A stretch of 64,000 nucleotides of DNA from Paraspadella gotoi (Eukaryota; Animalia; Chaetognatha): assembly GCA_051294375.1 (NCBI GenBank), contig CM119265.1, forward strand, positions 13,694,124 to 13,758,123. Reading direction: 5' to 3'. Below the pieces are notes generated by a model, which worked only from the letters and a program-made list of their open reading frames with translations, did no database searches and was not told where the DNA came from. Positions 39,401 through 53,735 of the stretch are shown here, one piece after another. Within the stretch, counting starts at the first letter, position 1, and each line of letters starts with the position of its first letter. A program made the translations under genes and the position numbers.

Positions 39401-39727
39401 ACAATTTTCAGTGATTCACAATCTCGTAATGATGACTAAGCCATCAACCAAGCGGTAAACGATGCAAGTTGATAACGTGTTATCGCTCTGACTTCGAGAT
39501 AAATCGCTCGAATGGGCGTGGCTCTTAGAAAACTCAACGTGGACGACCACGTTAAAAGCGACAGATGACAACGTCGAGAAAGACGATGACAACTACAGAG
39601 ACGATGATGACGACTTTAGGGACGACCGAAGCTTAAAAGCTTCGGATTACTCCCGGGGATTCTGGCTTTTTATTTTCGGAAACGTTTGATAAAAATTATT
39701 CCTCTCTCTCTCTCTCTCTCCCTTCCC

Positions 39728-39765
<38 letters not shown>

Positions 39766-41902
39766 AGAAAAAAAAATTATTTAAAAATATTTTAAAGAAA
39801 TTTGAGAAACTGACGAAATTTTAAGACGATGATTAGCGATGCATCGCCCGGAGCGATCAACATAGAAGCCCCTCTGTGCCTCTCAGACACCGTCCCAACC
39901 CCCAATTTCGTCTCCATTTAGAGATGCTGTCGTTATAGTGGTTTCCCATCATTTTTGAGAGACCCCTTTTAGCCATACCAATTTATTCTCGAAATTAATG
40001 GAATTCTTTTTGATTCTTTTCTGTTTAAGGCGATAAAAAAATATTAATTATCATTCCGCTCTTGCAAAATGTAGCTCGGTGTTCTAAAAAATTAATTTGA
40101 TCTCTTTGTCTGATCAATGTTTCCATGCCAATGCCGCGACCGCGGCCTTTATTTCTTCCCTCTTCGACTCCCACGCCGTTCGGTCTGCGATTTTGAATTA
40201 CGGATTCGTAACTCACTTGTTCCCTCACCTCCTTAACCCTTGCACCCTCCACTTTTCCTCTTCGGCGGTCGGCTTTGTGCATCTTCCGCCCACTCTCAGT
40301 CACTCGGGCTAATTTTGATCCCACCTCCGTACGCCCGAGTCGCCGACAAACGTGTTTAGGTTGAATTTTTGGTAAGGGGAGGTTGGGGTGAGTTCCACGC
40401 GCGAGAGAAATAAAGGAGAAAAAACATTGAAATAAACGATCGATGAAAGATTGGAGATCGATATTTTTGGGTTCTGAATAAAGAGTGAAAAATCCAACGT
40501 TGAACTCGCAAAATTTATTTTTTGGGGGGTTAGGGTGAGTTATGATAAATGAGATGAGTTCACTTAGTCTTAGGGGAGGCGATAAAAGAACTATGTGATT
40601 CCGGGAGCGGTTGTAGGATGGTGTGGTGAGGCCGTGAAATCGATGAGCGAAAGAATTCCTGATGCGAAAAACATTTAAATTTGAAGACGAAGGGAAAAAA
40701 ATCGCCGAATGAAAGCTGATAGAAGAAGCGCGAAATATTTTTGAGGAAGATTTGAAAAAGGAAACCGGAGAGAAAGAAAAAGCAAATGAAGTTCGCTGAA
40801 AAAGGGTTGGAATGAATCTGATTTATTTATGTTAATTTTCGTAAATATGAAAATATATTTTTGATTTGTCCAAATGAATTTGCCAGTGAATAAAATTAAC
40901 GAAGACATGTTCAAAGGTTGCTACGTATATTATATATATATATATATATATATATCAATGAGTTTTTATTTGTACAGTCAAAATACAGAGTGGCGTCTAG
41001 GCGCTCTTAATACTGGAGGGCGACGGGTCAGACGGCAGGGAAGAAAGGAGAAAAGGCGAAAAAGAAATACGAGAAAAAGCCAAAAAAGAAAGAGGAGATA
41101 AAGAGAAGGATTTAGATAAGGGAGAGAAAAAAGAGAGAGTGAAAGATTGGATGAATAAATCAAGACGATCGCTTTTAAGCTACGAAGCATCTCTCTTGCG
41201 CGCCCCGTTTCAAAAGCATCCCGGGTCGTGAAAGGTGGGCGCTGTTAGGGGGGGCGGAAGTACGTTCGCAAAATGATCAAGTTTTCAGGGAAAAGTTGTG
41301 TAGTAAAATTAAATCACGAGAGGAAGGATTAAAGTCGGTTGAGTATCAGAACCTTTTTGTTTGGATTAGTTAGCTGAAAAGTTAATCGAGGAAAAAAAAA
41401 GCGTTCAATAAAAATCGGGATTTCCCTATGCCCGCAAAATGGCTGAAAAAAGAGAAACAGAACGAGAAAAAGAAGGACAAAACACAGAAAGAGAGATTTT
41501 CCGTCCCTACAGCCGAAAGCAAAACCAATCCTGTTGGGAGAATGAGAGAGGAACGGTGCGGGAAGATAGAAGCAGAGGTGATCAAAAATGGACAGTTGAT
41601 TAATTGGAAAAACGTCACAGCGTGCGGGGCCGGGAAAGAGAGGGGGGGGAAGAGCAAAGCAAAGAGGGAAAAGGAAAAGGCCTCCAGGGAGATTCGCCTG
41701 ATTTGTCCCTTTGAATTAGTGAGGCCAGAGAGAGAGAGAGAGAAAAAAAAAAAGATGGAGAGAAAAAACGGATTAGTTCCTTAACTATCGGATATTTCCT
41801 TCCCGTCTAATAATGTAATATTGTTGCGGCCAAAATACGATTTGATTTTTGCCTCCGCAAGTGAAGCGGAATGATGGGGGAGAGAGAGAGAGAGGAGGTG
41901 CG
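36001..41902. repeat. ~2.6 kb direct duplication (36001-38636 vs 39313-41902), preceded by an inverted copy of 35468-36000 at 38777-39312; probable assembly artefact
   Basis: Near-identical copies differ mainly by 1-bp indels, and the junction contains two N gaps (38637-38661, 38752-38776). Confidence 0.93.
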
Positions 41903-44639
41903 GGGAGAGGGTGCTCGAGAAAGAGAGGAGTCGAGTCGAGACAGTAAGACAGAGAGCGAGACTGAATGCGTTCTAATTAGGCGCCACATCAGGACGCGAC
42001 GAAGTTGAAAAAAAAAAGAGACTTAAGATTGCGGAGGCGGAGAATCTACAGTCGTATCGCCTTGAATGCGTAGCTCAAGTCTGGAATTCTATTTCGCTTA
42101 AAATAAAATTACATTATTATTAGTGAATTTAATTTAATTTTTAAAAATCGACTAAATAATTGTTTATTTTCTAAATCATGACCGGAAAAAACGAATACTA
42201 CTGTATTCGTCCGCCGCTCGATTCTCGGGACCGATGATCTTTTTGAATACATTTTGTGGCGTCTATGACGTAGATGGCGTCGGGAGAGTCGAGGGCATAA
42301 GTGGCTTTGGTGGTGCAGGAGACGCCCATGATGTGGGAGGCGTTTAGAGAGTCGGCCGTCTTCTTTGGAGTTGAATTGTTCTTAAGAAATCGGTTGGAGT
42401 CTAAATTGTTTGCCGTTTCGTCTCGCCAGAGAAAAAAAAAAACTAACGCGGCTCAAGCATCTTTGATTTAGTATGCACCACGATATTGTGCACGTTTGCG
42501 TTTTCTTTAGGGTTAATTTTATTTCAATTCATAGTAGTTACGTGTGAATTAATAAAAAAATGCAAAGATTGGGTATTAAATTACATTTTTGTAATTTTTT
42601 TTTTTTAACTTTTTTTAGTTTTCCTTCCGTCTCGTCCTCCTTTTACTTTTTGTCCTTTTTTCCTCCTTCACTTTCAAGCTTTCCCCACCCTCTTCTCTCT
42701 TTGGCACTCTTCCTCTTCTTCCTCCTCCTCCTCGTATTCCAACCTTTGCCTCAAGGATTTGGATTTTTCCCGGGGGATGGGGAGAAGACAAAGCTGCAAG
42801 ACGAGAGAAAGAAAAGGAGGGGGGGGGACAAGGAGACAGAGAGCCGGATGGAGAGAAGAAGAGAACGACGAAGAGAAAGAGAGAATAAAGGAGAAATGAA
42901 AAAAAAAGAAAGAATGACAAAGTGAAGAAGAGGGTGGATGAAAATGATAAATATACAACAAACATGCCATGACGGTCTTAAAAAAAATATAAACCGAAGA
43001 GAATAACCAATAAGTACGATTAATTAATTACGCATTTTTATACTTTTCCTTCCATCCCTTTTTTACCTTCTTCCACAATCTGCGTTCGGGAAAAAACAGG
43101 TAAGTCTACTTTGATTTCTTATTAAATTTAATGTATTCTGTCTTTTTAGAAAATAGAGCTTATTCGTTGAATAGGGTCTTTTTAAGTATTTTATACTTAT
43201 TTAATATTTATTTGTATAATATTTCTTGGCTTCTACGCAAAGAACCTTTTGAAATCCAAGTTCTTATCTTTATCGAATTTAGTTATTTGAAATATAATTC
43301 GAGCAATGATGGACAGCTTTGAAATTAATATGGAATAACCTCGAGTCATTCGTTGATTTTTTTTCTTATATATTTTTCAAATAACGGAAATACTTCATTC
43401 GATGCCAAAAGCTGAATAGTTTTATTTTCATTATGTACAACTTCAAATTCTCTTTTGGAAAAACCGGGATTTTTTTTTCTCCATCTTGTGACTTTATCAC
43501 TTTGCAATTGTTTCAGCTTATCAAAGCCCTCTCATGTTTGAAAGCCTCTTGCGCTATCCTAATCTTCTATTTAATCTAATATTCTTGATGCTTTCCGACT
43601 TTTTTAATTTCTCTCCTTTTTTTCCTTGTGACACTCCTTCGTCTTTCTTTTCATTATCAGCGGAAAAACCTCTCACCTATTATCCCCTTATGTTGAAGAA
43701 ACAAAGGCTCTATTATCTCTTTAAATTTTTAATCGACAAGAGGATTCTTTTTTTTCCCTAAAGCTTCCGTCTTTTGTTACTCGGGGTCAATGCGACCGGT
43801 GCCCGTGAAACGTTGTCGGCAAATAGCGGCGCCCGGCGTTGTTCCGTGCCAGCTGTACAGTAGTACGGGACGGCGCCTGCGCGTGATTCATGGGCGTCGT
43901 AATTCTTCGAATTAGCGTCGCGCCGCACGAATGAACGACCGCACGAACGATCGTCTCGAACGAATGAGCATCAATTCGCCGGTGAAATTGGCGTTTTCTC
44001 CATAGAATGACTCGTGGGTTAGCGGGTTTGCAACCTCCATCAAGGATAGCTAGTATACTCGATTCAATCTCTGCCCATTTTTAAATCTCTGCCACAGCCC
44101 TTGTTCTCATCGTTTTTCGTTTTATATTTAATCTTTCTTAGCTGAACCGTGAACACAATAAGCTCCTACCGAATTCGGATTAATTGATTTAGAGATCATT
44201 GGGTCGTGAAATGTCTTGTGAAAGGCGTCAGGGAAAATATCACGCGTCACCAAAAGATTGAGTCAATGTTTACTAAATTTCGAGGCCCAAAACAAAACCG
44301 TCGCTCTCTCCATGGCACCAGCTCGACCGTTATCTTAGAGAAAGAAAGCGAGAGAGAGAGAGAAAGAGAGAGAGAGCGTGTTTCCACCCCATTTGGAAAT
44401 CACCCACCATTGACAGCTGGACAATCACTGTGTACTATGTGCCAACCAACGAAGTATTCCGCTTATGGCCGTGATTCCGCCAATTTTTCGCCTGTCGCTT
44501 TTTACGTTGAAACGAATGGCGAATCTTCGGAACGAAAACCAAATCTCTATTGATTACGTAAATATTTAAAAATTAAACATAAAATTTAAAAAAGAAAATT
44601 CCATCCGGCCACGGTTCAATTCAACAAAAGATATACGTA

Positions 44640-44810
44640 TGGCAAGGGGGATGACCGGTGTGTGAGGCATCTCCCGAGAGCTGGCACTCAGGACCTGCAG
44701 TGACCACCCAATGTCGCTGGCGACTCTCTCCAGTGGCGAGTCTATGCTAGCACCATCATACTTAACCAGCGTGACCGTGAGGGGATTGAACCCGGTACTC
44801 ACGGCTGGGT
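44640..44810 (-). mobile_element. tRNA-derived SINE-like fragment (mirror copy at ~62840-63018)
   Basis: Minus-strand Pol III B-box/T-arm GGGTTCAATCCC (44782-44793) inside the stem CCGTGAG...CTCACGG, followed by a GC-rich body. No A-box or 5' tRNA half is visible, so this is not a tRNA gene. Confidence 0.5.
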
Positions 44811-44836
44811 GCCCTCTTTTTTTGCACAGGTCTGTA
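44810..44836 (-). mobile_element. Solo TIR of the Tc1/mariner MITE family seen at 11607
   Basis: Minus strand reads TA-CAGACCTGTGCAAAAAAAGAGGGCA, against TA-CAGACCTGTGCAAAAAAAGATGACA at 11605. Confidence 0.75.
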
Positions 44837-46079
44837 CTTAGCTGTACATTGTACATTGTACAAGCTAATGGGACGAGCTGAGTGGAACCAGACTACACGA
44901 GAGACGCATTTACGATTCCCCACATACGCTTGATCAACGAAAAATATACTATAAAATCTAATTAATGGCTTTGACGATGGTGGAAAATATTGAGAAAAAA
45001 AGGATAAAAAGAAATTCTTGGAATCTTTTTTACGAACACAAGTCCTGTGATAATTCATAAGATATTTTATCTCCACCATTCGAGCAGAAACTTTTTTGGG
45101 TAAAACTTTACCTCAGGCTAAGATGGTCGGAGACGAAGGTCAAAGGCCCGCGTGGGAATGACGGCGATTACGACGACGACGACGATGACTTTTCTTAGAT
45201 AACGGCGGTAATAAAGATGGTGATAATGAGGTTCGAAAGAAAAAGATGACTGAAAAAGAAAAAAAAAGGAAGAGAACGAGACAGTGTCGCTGGGCAGAAG
45301 CAATGGAGTCAATTTTCCTTCTCATCTTCTACAACATTTGCGTCAACGACGGCACCGATTGTGAGAGGGAGGGAGAGAGAGAGAGAGAGAGTTTGGAAAT
45401 GGTAAGTCGTGGCGCAAATATTGGAAAAGAGATAACTCAATTGGAACCCGGGAAATATTTTGGTTTCGGGGACGAAAAACCAAAAAGATTCTTATCACGT
45501 TTCTTCTTCGTCTTTTTCTTCGGCGGAAAAAAAAAGTGAGGAAAAAAAAATGAGAAAACGAAAAGACATCAAGAAACAGTAATGGAAGTCGGAGATGGGG
45601 TTAGTGACAGATCCCGGGCGTTGATGGAGTTTGTAGCAGACCCCGGGCGTTGATGGGGTTTGTGGCAGACCACGAACCAAAAGTTTGTAGCGGTGATGTA
45701 GTTCGTGGGAGACGGATAGCGTCAATGAAGTTTCTACTATAGACCTCATGAGTTTGTGATTGATGATATTGGGACAGACTCCGGACATGGATGATGTTGA
45801 AGACACTCTTCGGGCGTCGAGATCCTCTGAGACGAAAAGGTTTGCGAATGGATGAAGTCAATTGAGAAATTCATGCGAAATGCATCTTTGTCAATATGGT
45901 TTGTCATATATCTAATATGTGGTCGGTGGGAGAAATGAATGAGTTTTTTCTTGGAGGGAAACGTTTTTGATGAGCAGATGAATGGGACCTGCAAGACATA
46001 GCCCATAGGTCGTAAGAGTTTCAAAAGATTGGAGGTTAAAGGGGAAAATGGAATATTCAGAAAGGCGAAAAATCTCGGG

Positions 46080-46119
<40 letters not shown>

Positions 46120-46422
46120 GAGAGAGAGGAAACGCATAAATGGAAAGCTTTATCGAAGAATAAATACGCAGATCAAGGCTAAAAGATTAAAGGAAGCAAA
46201 CAAGATTTATGCTAAAATCCCCATCGGTGAATTGGACCGTAAATTATATTTTTGATATCATCTCGTAATGACAATGTTATGAAGCTCTCTTTTTCACCTT
46301 CAGCAATTCATAAAAATCAATTCTACTCCTAGAGTTCCTTTCTCTCTCGTTTATCAAATGATCTGGACTATTTTTACTAAGTGCTTTTTATACCGCCAAT
46401 GTTTCCTTCTAAATGGTCCCTC

Positions 46423-46486
46423 CTTCTTCTTCTTCTTCTTCTTCTTCTTCTTCTTCTTCTTCTTCTTCTTCTTCTTCTTCTTCTTC
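46423..46486. repeat. (CTT)n microsatellite (mirror copy ~61025-61090); also (TTTC)n at ~34030-34230 and (GAAA)n at ~47675-47720
   Basis: Read directly from the sequence. Confidence 0.95.
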
Positions 46487-47673
46487 TCATCCTATTCGAA
46501 TGGTCCCTTCTCATCTCGACAAATACCCAAGATTATTGTTATTTGTATTCTCCATCTCTTCTTTTCTACTTAATAACGTTCACCCAAGCAATAAAAAACA
46601 AACCCACGATTATACTGCCTACGTATCAAGCCAATCTGTTCTCAAGTTTACTGTCGAAATAACGAAGAATTGGCTCGAACGGAACTCGGCGTCCAAAGTG
46701 GATTGATCAAATAGGACATTCACACCCCTCCCCCCCCCAGTTACTGCCCATCGCTTCTCCCTCCTCTAATCAATTTGTTTTTCATTACAAATTCACTTCT
46801 CCCCTTCCCATCATTGATGTCGCACGAAAGGAGCCCATTTGTTTTGATGACGACGACGAGGACGACATCACCGATCGAATCGTCGCCAAAAAATTTAATT
46901 CCAACTGGTCGCGGCTGAAATCGATGTCTGAACGCGCATTTCTGCGACGTTATCAAAGACGATTTGACCCCGAAACCTTTCCTTACCTTAACCTCACCTC
47001 CAGGATTTAGAGGATTTTTTTCCTTTTCATTAAGACAAATAAACTACTCCCTTGATCACCTCTGGTGCAACGGACGGCAGAGAGAGAGAGAGAGGGAGAG
47101 AGATAAAGAATAGAGAGAAACCAAAACCTCTTTAGTCCATAAACTAACCCGGGCTTCCCTGAAAAAAGTAATAAGGAGCCATGATTAGGTCGTCAGAGTC
47201 AAAATTTCTTCGAATTTTGGTTTCTTACTCCAGAGAATGTTTTAACCCTTGTGTGTGTCTCTGTCTCTGTCTGCTCTCTCTCTGTCTTTCTCTCTATATA
47301 TATCTCTCTATCTCTCTCTTTGGAAAAAAAAAGTTTTCATGACCAAAGGGAGGATTTCAATCATCATTTAATCGTCGCTGCCGACCCCAGAGGGCGCGGC
47401 CGATGGCGAAAAGACGCCGGGAGAGGAGCCAATCAAGTGTTGATATCCTCGGGTCAGGCGCTCATAATCCGACGGCGCCGCCGACGCCGCCCCCAGGAGC
47501 GCCACTCAGGCAAACGGAGGCAGAGAGCTTCCGCTATTGTAAACACCGTCCGGCCAGTTATCATAGATTTTCTGACATCCCGAAATAAGTTATGGGAAAT
47601 GGACGCGGAAAAAAAAACGGGAAAGGGNNNNNNNNNNATATGAGAGAGGGAGATAGAGGGGAGGATAAATAGG

Positions 47674-47720
<47 letters not shown>

Positions 47721-50441
47721 ACGAAGGAACGAAATAAAAAAGGAAAGAAGTAAACTATAAAGAAACAAACAAACTAAGGAACAGAAAGGAGGAATAAGAA
47801 ATTTAATGGAAAGAAAAGGGAAAGGAAAGGAAAAAGAAAGGAAAAAAAAGAGAAAGGGAAGAAAGAAAGGTGGGTCCGGTTAAGGGGAGGACACGAACGT
47901 ATCGCATCGGAGGAAAAGCGGAAGTAGCGACGCGAATATCGAAACGTCGCATATCTCGGACGCCAGATGGAATTTGCATCGGGGATCGAGGATCACGGAC
48001 GACCGTTCGCCTCGGGAGGGAATAAATGCATGGACGGGGAATCTGGGAGGATGAGGAAGTATGTATAATTATATTCATTGACAGGGTAGACATGGATTTT
48101 GTGGTGGATACAGAATACAAATGTACAATTGTACATGGATGAAAATCAGCGATTACGTCTCAGCGCTACGGACCGAATGAGTATAAGAGAAAGAAGAGAA
48201 TTTATTAATAAGGAAAGAGGGAAGAGAAAGACACTTTGGGGATGAATAGTTTAATCATAGCTTGGCCATTGTATCATCAATCCTTCATATATTCCGTCAT
48301 AAATTTTATTTGTAATTATTAATTTAACTTTCGGTTCATACGGCCGATACTGTAACCCTCGTAGACGAAACAGTAAGCGAATCCCGTTGTATGACGTCAA
48401 AAGCGGAGAGCACGAATGAAAGAACCTCAATGACGACTATGACGTTCATAAAGGAGGGGAAGACGACGACGCCAAATATGGCGTCTGGGACCAACGAGGC
48501 GGGAAAGCCTGAGTCGCATTTCTGATTTCCGGGTCGAGACTCGTCTAATTTCGAATGTGAAACGATTAAGACCGAAGAACGAAGGGAGGGTCGAGAAAGC
48601 AGTGAGCGGATCGATTCGTTCTGTTTTTACTTATAGATGTATTCCTGGAAAGAAGAAATTTCTTTTCTTTTCTTTAATCATAAAAATATTGTTACAAATT
48701 TTTCTGATGATCCCTACAAGTAACTGCCCTACATCCGTCCCCTATCGCTCCCGAATATGTTTTTGATTAAGCATAACGACACCTGCATATATGTATCAAA
48801 ATGATTTGATATTACATCTCCGATTAATTAGTTCTCTTAGCATAATTTGTCGGCAAAGTAAACGATATTAAGGACGCTCTCATCGGCGGAACCATTGGGA
48901 AATGTCAAAACCGTCACGGCGCCACCCAACTAGCTCAATATGCCATTACAGCTATTAGTCACAGCTTTTTTGAGAAGCTGTTTCCGAAAAAGCTGTCGCG
49001 CCTTCAATGCCGGACGTGGACGTTATATTCGCCATATCCCGTACCGTCTTGCGAAACAGACGACCTCTCGTTGCATTCGAATTTAGCGAATTTAATAAGC
49101 GTTGCTATCCAAGCACTTCCTTAAACTTCATTAACCCGTTGCTTCTACCCCCGCCAACGTCAACCTTCGGACTAGCCAGAGTTCCCCAACCTCGAAACCC
49201 CAACGCCAGGGGCGCTGCGTGTCGAAATCGAGTCTTCGCCATCAGATTTCTCTTCGATTTCATGATTTTCGTTTGTTTCTTCAACTTATTTTGTTTTTCC
49301 TTCGGTTGTCCTCTTTTTCTTTACATTTTTATGGCCAGGAACATCTTTCGCTCTAGTAGTTTTGCCCGGGGCCCATTCGTAGATTGCCCTTTTCAGGACT
49401 TACCCCTCCCCCTACCCTTCTCATCTATCGTGCCTTCGAGCCATGTCTTGTCTCGAACGATCGTTACTAGATGATTACTTTCCTTTTCCGTCTGCCCGAC
49501 GAAAAGTTTCCGGTCATCCATCCGCAACTTCTTTTCTTTTCTTTCCCCCTCAAGTTCCAAAAATGTTGTTCCGGACAAACTCGACCGATGTAGAGTTACG
49601 GTTTGAAAACTAAAACCGACGGGTTGAACGTCATTGGTGCTTTCGTCGCTTCGTCGATAATTTATTTTCTAATCAGTTGCGATTTTTCAAGTGCCACGCC
49701 GCGGAAGCGCTTGTACTGAAATCGTTATCGATTTCCTCTATCAAGCCTGATGCGAAAGATAATTCCCTGACAAAATAAATTTAATGTTAAGGAAAAATTC
49801 TTTGTACAAACTTATTTTTATTCTCTCAAATCTAAAATTTTTTGCGTTCTCTCAGCTCGATTTCATTCCTTTCCCTGGTGATTGAAGGAGGTGGAATTCA
49901 AGTCTCTTGCCAGAATGATTTGTTATCTTGAATCCTTTTTTTTTTTTTTAGACTTTTCAAAGTCTCGTTACAAACTTTCTTGTTGCCGGATGATTAGTTT
50001 TCGTTCCTCCTGACACAAAAAAGGACGGACGGGGACTGCCGGCCGTTTGTTCCGAGTCGCTTGTCTAAGCTTCAACGATTTGTCGTCTCTGATCTTTCTT
50101 TTTGTCAAAGAAAAATAAAATATGAATGGATGAAAACTTAATTAATCTCGGAGCGTCGAGTACTCGGGTCGATATAATGAAACCGACGAAGATGACAAGT
50201 TGACAACGACTTGGACCAAAATGATGCCTTTAAAAGGGCGACAATGTCATTCTCATGTCATTGTTACAATCCGGAGGAAAATGAGACAGAGAGATCGCGT
50301 CAAAGAGAATTGTAGAGATGTCGGAGATGGCTGGAGGGAGAAAGGGAGAGATAGCCGAGACACGGGCGACTGCCACGCCAATCGCGTACTGTAAACTTGG
50401 AGACTGTCCGCTTCTATTGATTAGAAAACGTCAAACGTGAC

Positions 50442-50505
<64 letters not shown>

Positions 50506-50945
50506 CCGAAGAAATTGTTGTGGGAATTTGCTGGAAGCGAAGCGAATCCGAATCCAATCTCTGACTCGCCAGTGCGCCGTTGACTCTCCGCTCCACAGCG
50601 GTTAGTTCGATTAGGGTTAAAAAGAGCGTAGAGATTGGGTCGAATGTACGATCGGGAGGATGAAATAGAATTATGATTAATTGTTGAATTGTTCGCGGCA
50701 AGTTTGAAGTATAACGGTGGAAATAACAGCGAGCGAGTCAAACAAAATAAAATAAAGAAAGAAAGAACTAAAAAAAATAAGGGAAGAAAGAAACGGGAAA
50801 GGGGAGACATAAATATTAAGAGTAAAGAAAGGGGAATTGGGGACGAGACCAAACAGTGAATAAATGATGAAAAAATAATAGACGAAAGCTTCTTCTCAGC
50901 CGCGTAACTTGACTTACTTAATTCACCGGTTCACCCTCACCCGCT

Positions 50946-50989
<44 letters not shown>

Positions 50990-53104
50990 GGATATTTATT
51001 TTTTCACTTTTAGGTTCACTCACCCCGTTTTCCGGAATTCAACCACGCCTACGACGACGACGACGAAGACATTTTTATTTTCAAGGATTTAGGAATGTTT
51101 AGGTTTGACTGATAGACTTGTAGCGGTAGTATTTCATACCCCGCTACTCGTCCGATTCATTTCAAAACTATCGATAATATCATTATAATCAAAAATCTTG
51201 AAGAGAAAGTTAAAGATTAGTCTACTATTCATAATAATTTATTTTATTTTAAAAATTTTATCTTGAAGTTTCTTGTTCCCGATGAGCTTCCTTTATTTCG
51301 TGTCTTTTTCATTTATTCAGATTTTGCCCATTTCCTTTTTGACAAAGATTCAATATCCATATTTCCCTTGTATGCATCCTTTTTCTTTTTTGCTGGACCG
51401 ACCTCTTTTTTTTTTAAAGTTTCCATACTTTCGTTCCTTATTTCTTTTTCTTTCTTTACATGTTTCTCCGCTTCTTTCTCTTTTCCTATTTCTCCCCTTA
51501 GTTTGAGACATTCCCCATAAATTGGATCACTTGCCCGGTTAATCTTCAATCAGGACTTGAAAATAAAGAAGAAAAAAAAAGATTTCTGTCCTACCCGTCT
51601 CCCGACGAAGACGATCTTTATTTCTAAGAAAAGACAAGACGAAAATAACCCTCTTTTTCTTATTTCCTCCGCTTTCTTTCTCGCTTTCTTTCTCGCTCGG
51701 CGCTTTTTTTTTTCCAGACTGCGTTCACATTTCACTTTTCCCCTTTTTCCACGATCTCACATTTCTTCGAAGATGAGATGGAATGCCCTGCGAGTAAGTG
51801 GGTCACTCCGCCGAACCATCTTGGTTCTTGTGCAAAGAAAAAAACCCCCGGGCGCCATATGGACTATGGTCCTCGAAACAAGAACCTCCCCGTCCAACGC
51901 TCTTACTATCTTTCTGCCGCTTTTGCTTTTTGGCCAACTGTAACAGTCTCAGTCTCTCACTTTGTTCCAGTTTTTTTGCTCTGAAAAACAAATTAAGACA
52001 TGAAATTAAAATTTCTTTGAGAAGCAGTGGAGTTTCAGTTTCTCGGTGTTTTCTCTTCGTTGCACTAATCCTCACCACTTATCGCTATCAGATCAAATTT
52101 CGTTTTTCTGGGTTTTGTTTGATGTCATTCTTTCCTTCCTCTCCGGCCTGCCACTGGTTACCGTTGCACCCGAATTTTTGCGTTAGTTTTATTCTTGTTT
52201 TATTTGCTTACATTTTTATTGTATGTACATAGATATATAATTTTTATATTGGTTGTTCAAAAAAGACGACCATAAATCTACTTGTGATTACAACCTGAAA
52301 GCGAAGGGGAAGTTCTCACCGAAGAGCCTCAGTGACAGGGTAGAATGGAAAGGAATGAAAGTCGCAGAAAAATAGAAAAGATAAGACTGAAAGGGCAAAT
52401 TTCTGATTTCTCGATGACGCGTTTCACTGGAACAGATCAAATTTGAGAGGTAAGAGAGAAAGAGGCAAAGAAAAAGAGGAAAAGAGAGAGAAACCATTTC
52501 AGTATCTCGGATGTTCGAATTCTTAGTGCGTTTTCAGACGTCTCTCAAAAACGTCCCTACTTCAAAAAGGAGAATGGACGTGGAGACACGAGAGAGAGAG
52601 AGAGANNNNNNNNNNNNNNNNNNNNNNNNNNNNNNNNNNNNNNNNNNNNNNNNNNNNNNNNNNNNNNNNNNNNNNNNNNNNNNNNNNNNNNNNNNNNNNN
52701 NNNNNNNNNNNNNNNNNNNNNNNNNNNNNNNNNNNNNNNNNNNNNNNNNNNNNNNNNNNNNNGGGCGAGAAGGGAAAGCTGTCTTTTTTTTGCTCAGGGA
52801 TCATTAGGCGTTGAATTCGAATGCTTACATCAAGCTTAATGAAGGAGGGAATTTTCCCAGGAAAATAAAAAATAGAAAAAGTGCAAGAAAGAGAGAGTGA
52901 GGGAAAGAGAGAGAAAGAGAGAGAGATAGATTGTGACGAGTCTCATTTTATCGCACATGAGGGAATCGCTTTAAACTTCGGCTGGAGTTTTTTTTTTGAT
53001 TGTGAATTACTTGTGACAGGTTTTTTTAAAATTTAATCGTCTGTTCCCAATCAGTATTCTCGAAAAATTCCAACCGAGCTTGATCGGCCTTGCTATTTCA
53101 ACTT

Positions 53105-53145
<41 letters not shown>

Positions 53146-53599
53146 ATCTCTCGCGAACCGTTAGCGCGGGAATTCTGGAAGGCGTCCAAAGGGTCGTAAC
53201 GCGATGGGGGTAAACAAAATTTCGCTTTGAAATTCTCTCTGTCTTCTCCTCCGGTTTCGTCGGCCCATTAACTTTTCATTCCCTCGTCTCCGCCGAACCT
53301 CTCCGTTTCCATGGTTACCGGGAACCAACGCATCTTTGTTAGAAATAGAGTGGGGGGATGCGGTTGGCCTTGGCGACGGTTCTACGGTGACGCCTTAGAC
53401 GACTGCGACTACGCAGTACGCAAACCGATGGTGTAGACTGTAGAGGGCGTTCGGGCGACGACTGGGTCGACGAAAAAATGAGGAGAGCGACGTCGAAGTT
53501 TTGCTTCGTTTTCGGGGTTTTTTTTTNNNNNNNNNNNNNNNNNNNNNNNNNATGTTTCTGGTTTTCCTCCGTTATTCCGGCTCGCTGCCTTCTTTTTTA

Positions 53600-53735
53600 T
53601 CCCCGATCCCCTCATTTCCTCCCCTCCTTCCCCCGCCTCCTTTTTTCCCCCGATCCCCCTCATTTCCTCCCCTCCCTCTCCCCTTTTCCCCCGATCCCCT
53701 CATTTCCTCCCCTCCCTCCCCCCCGCCCCCCTTTT
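53600..53735. repeat. C-rich minisatellite, 3 copies of a ~42-bp unit CCCCGATCCCCTCATTTCCTCCCCTCC...; G-quadruplex-prone on the minus strand
   Basis: Three units are visible, each with several runs of 4 or more C. Confidence 0.85.

Noticed and set aside
44770-44810. tRNA gene
   Set aside because: Only a T-arm/B-box is present; no D-arm, anticodon arm or acceptor stem can be built.
48955-48996. miR-2-like TCACAGC sequence in a short hairpin
   Set aside because: The stem is too short for a pre-miRNA and the sequence does not match the miR-2 family beyond a partial seed. I recognised no conserved miRNA by eye elsewhere.
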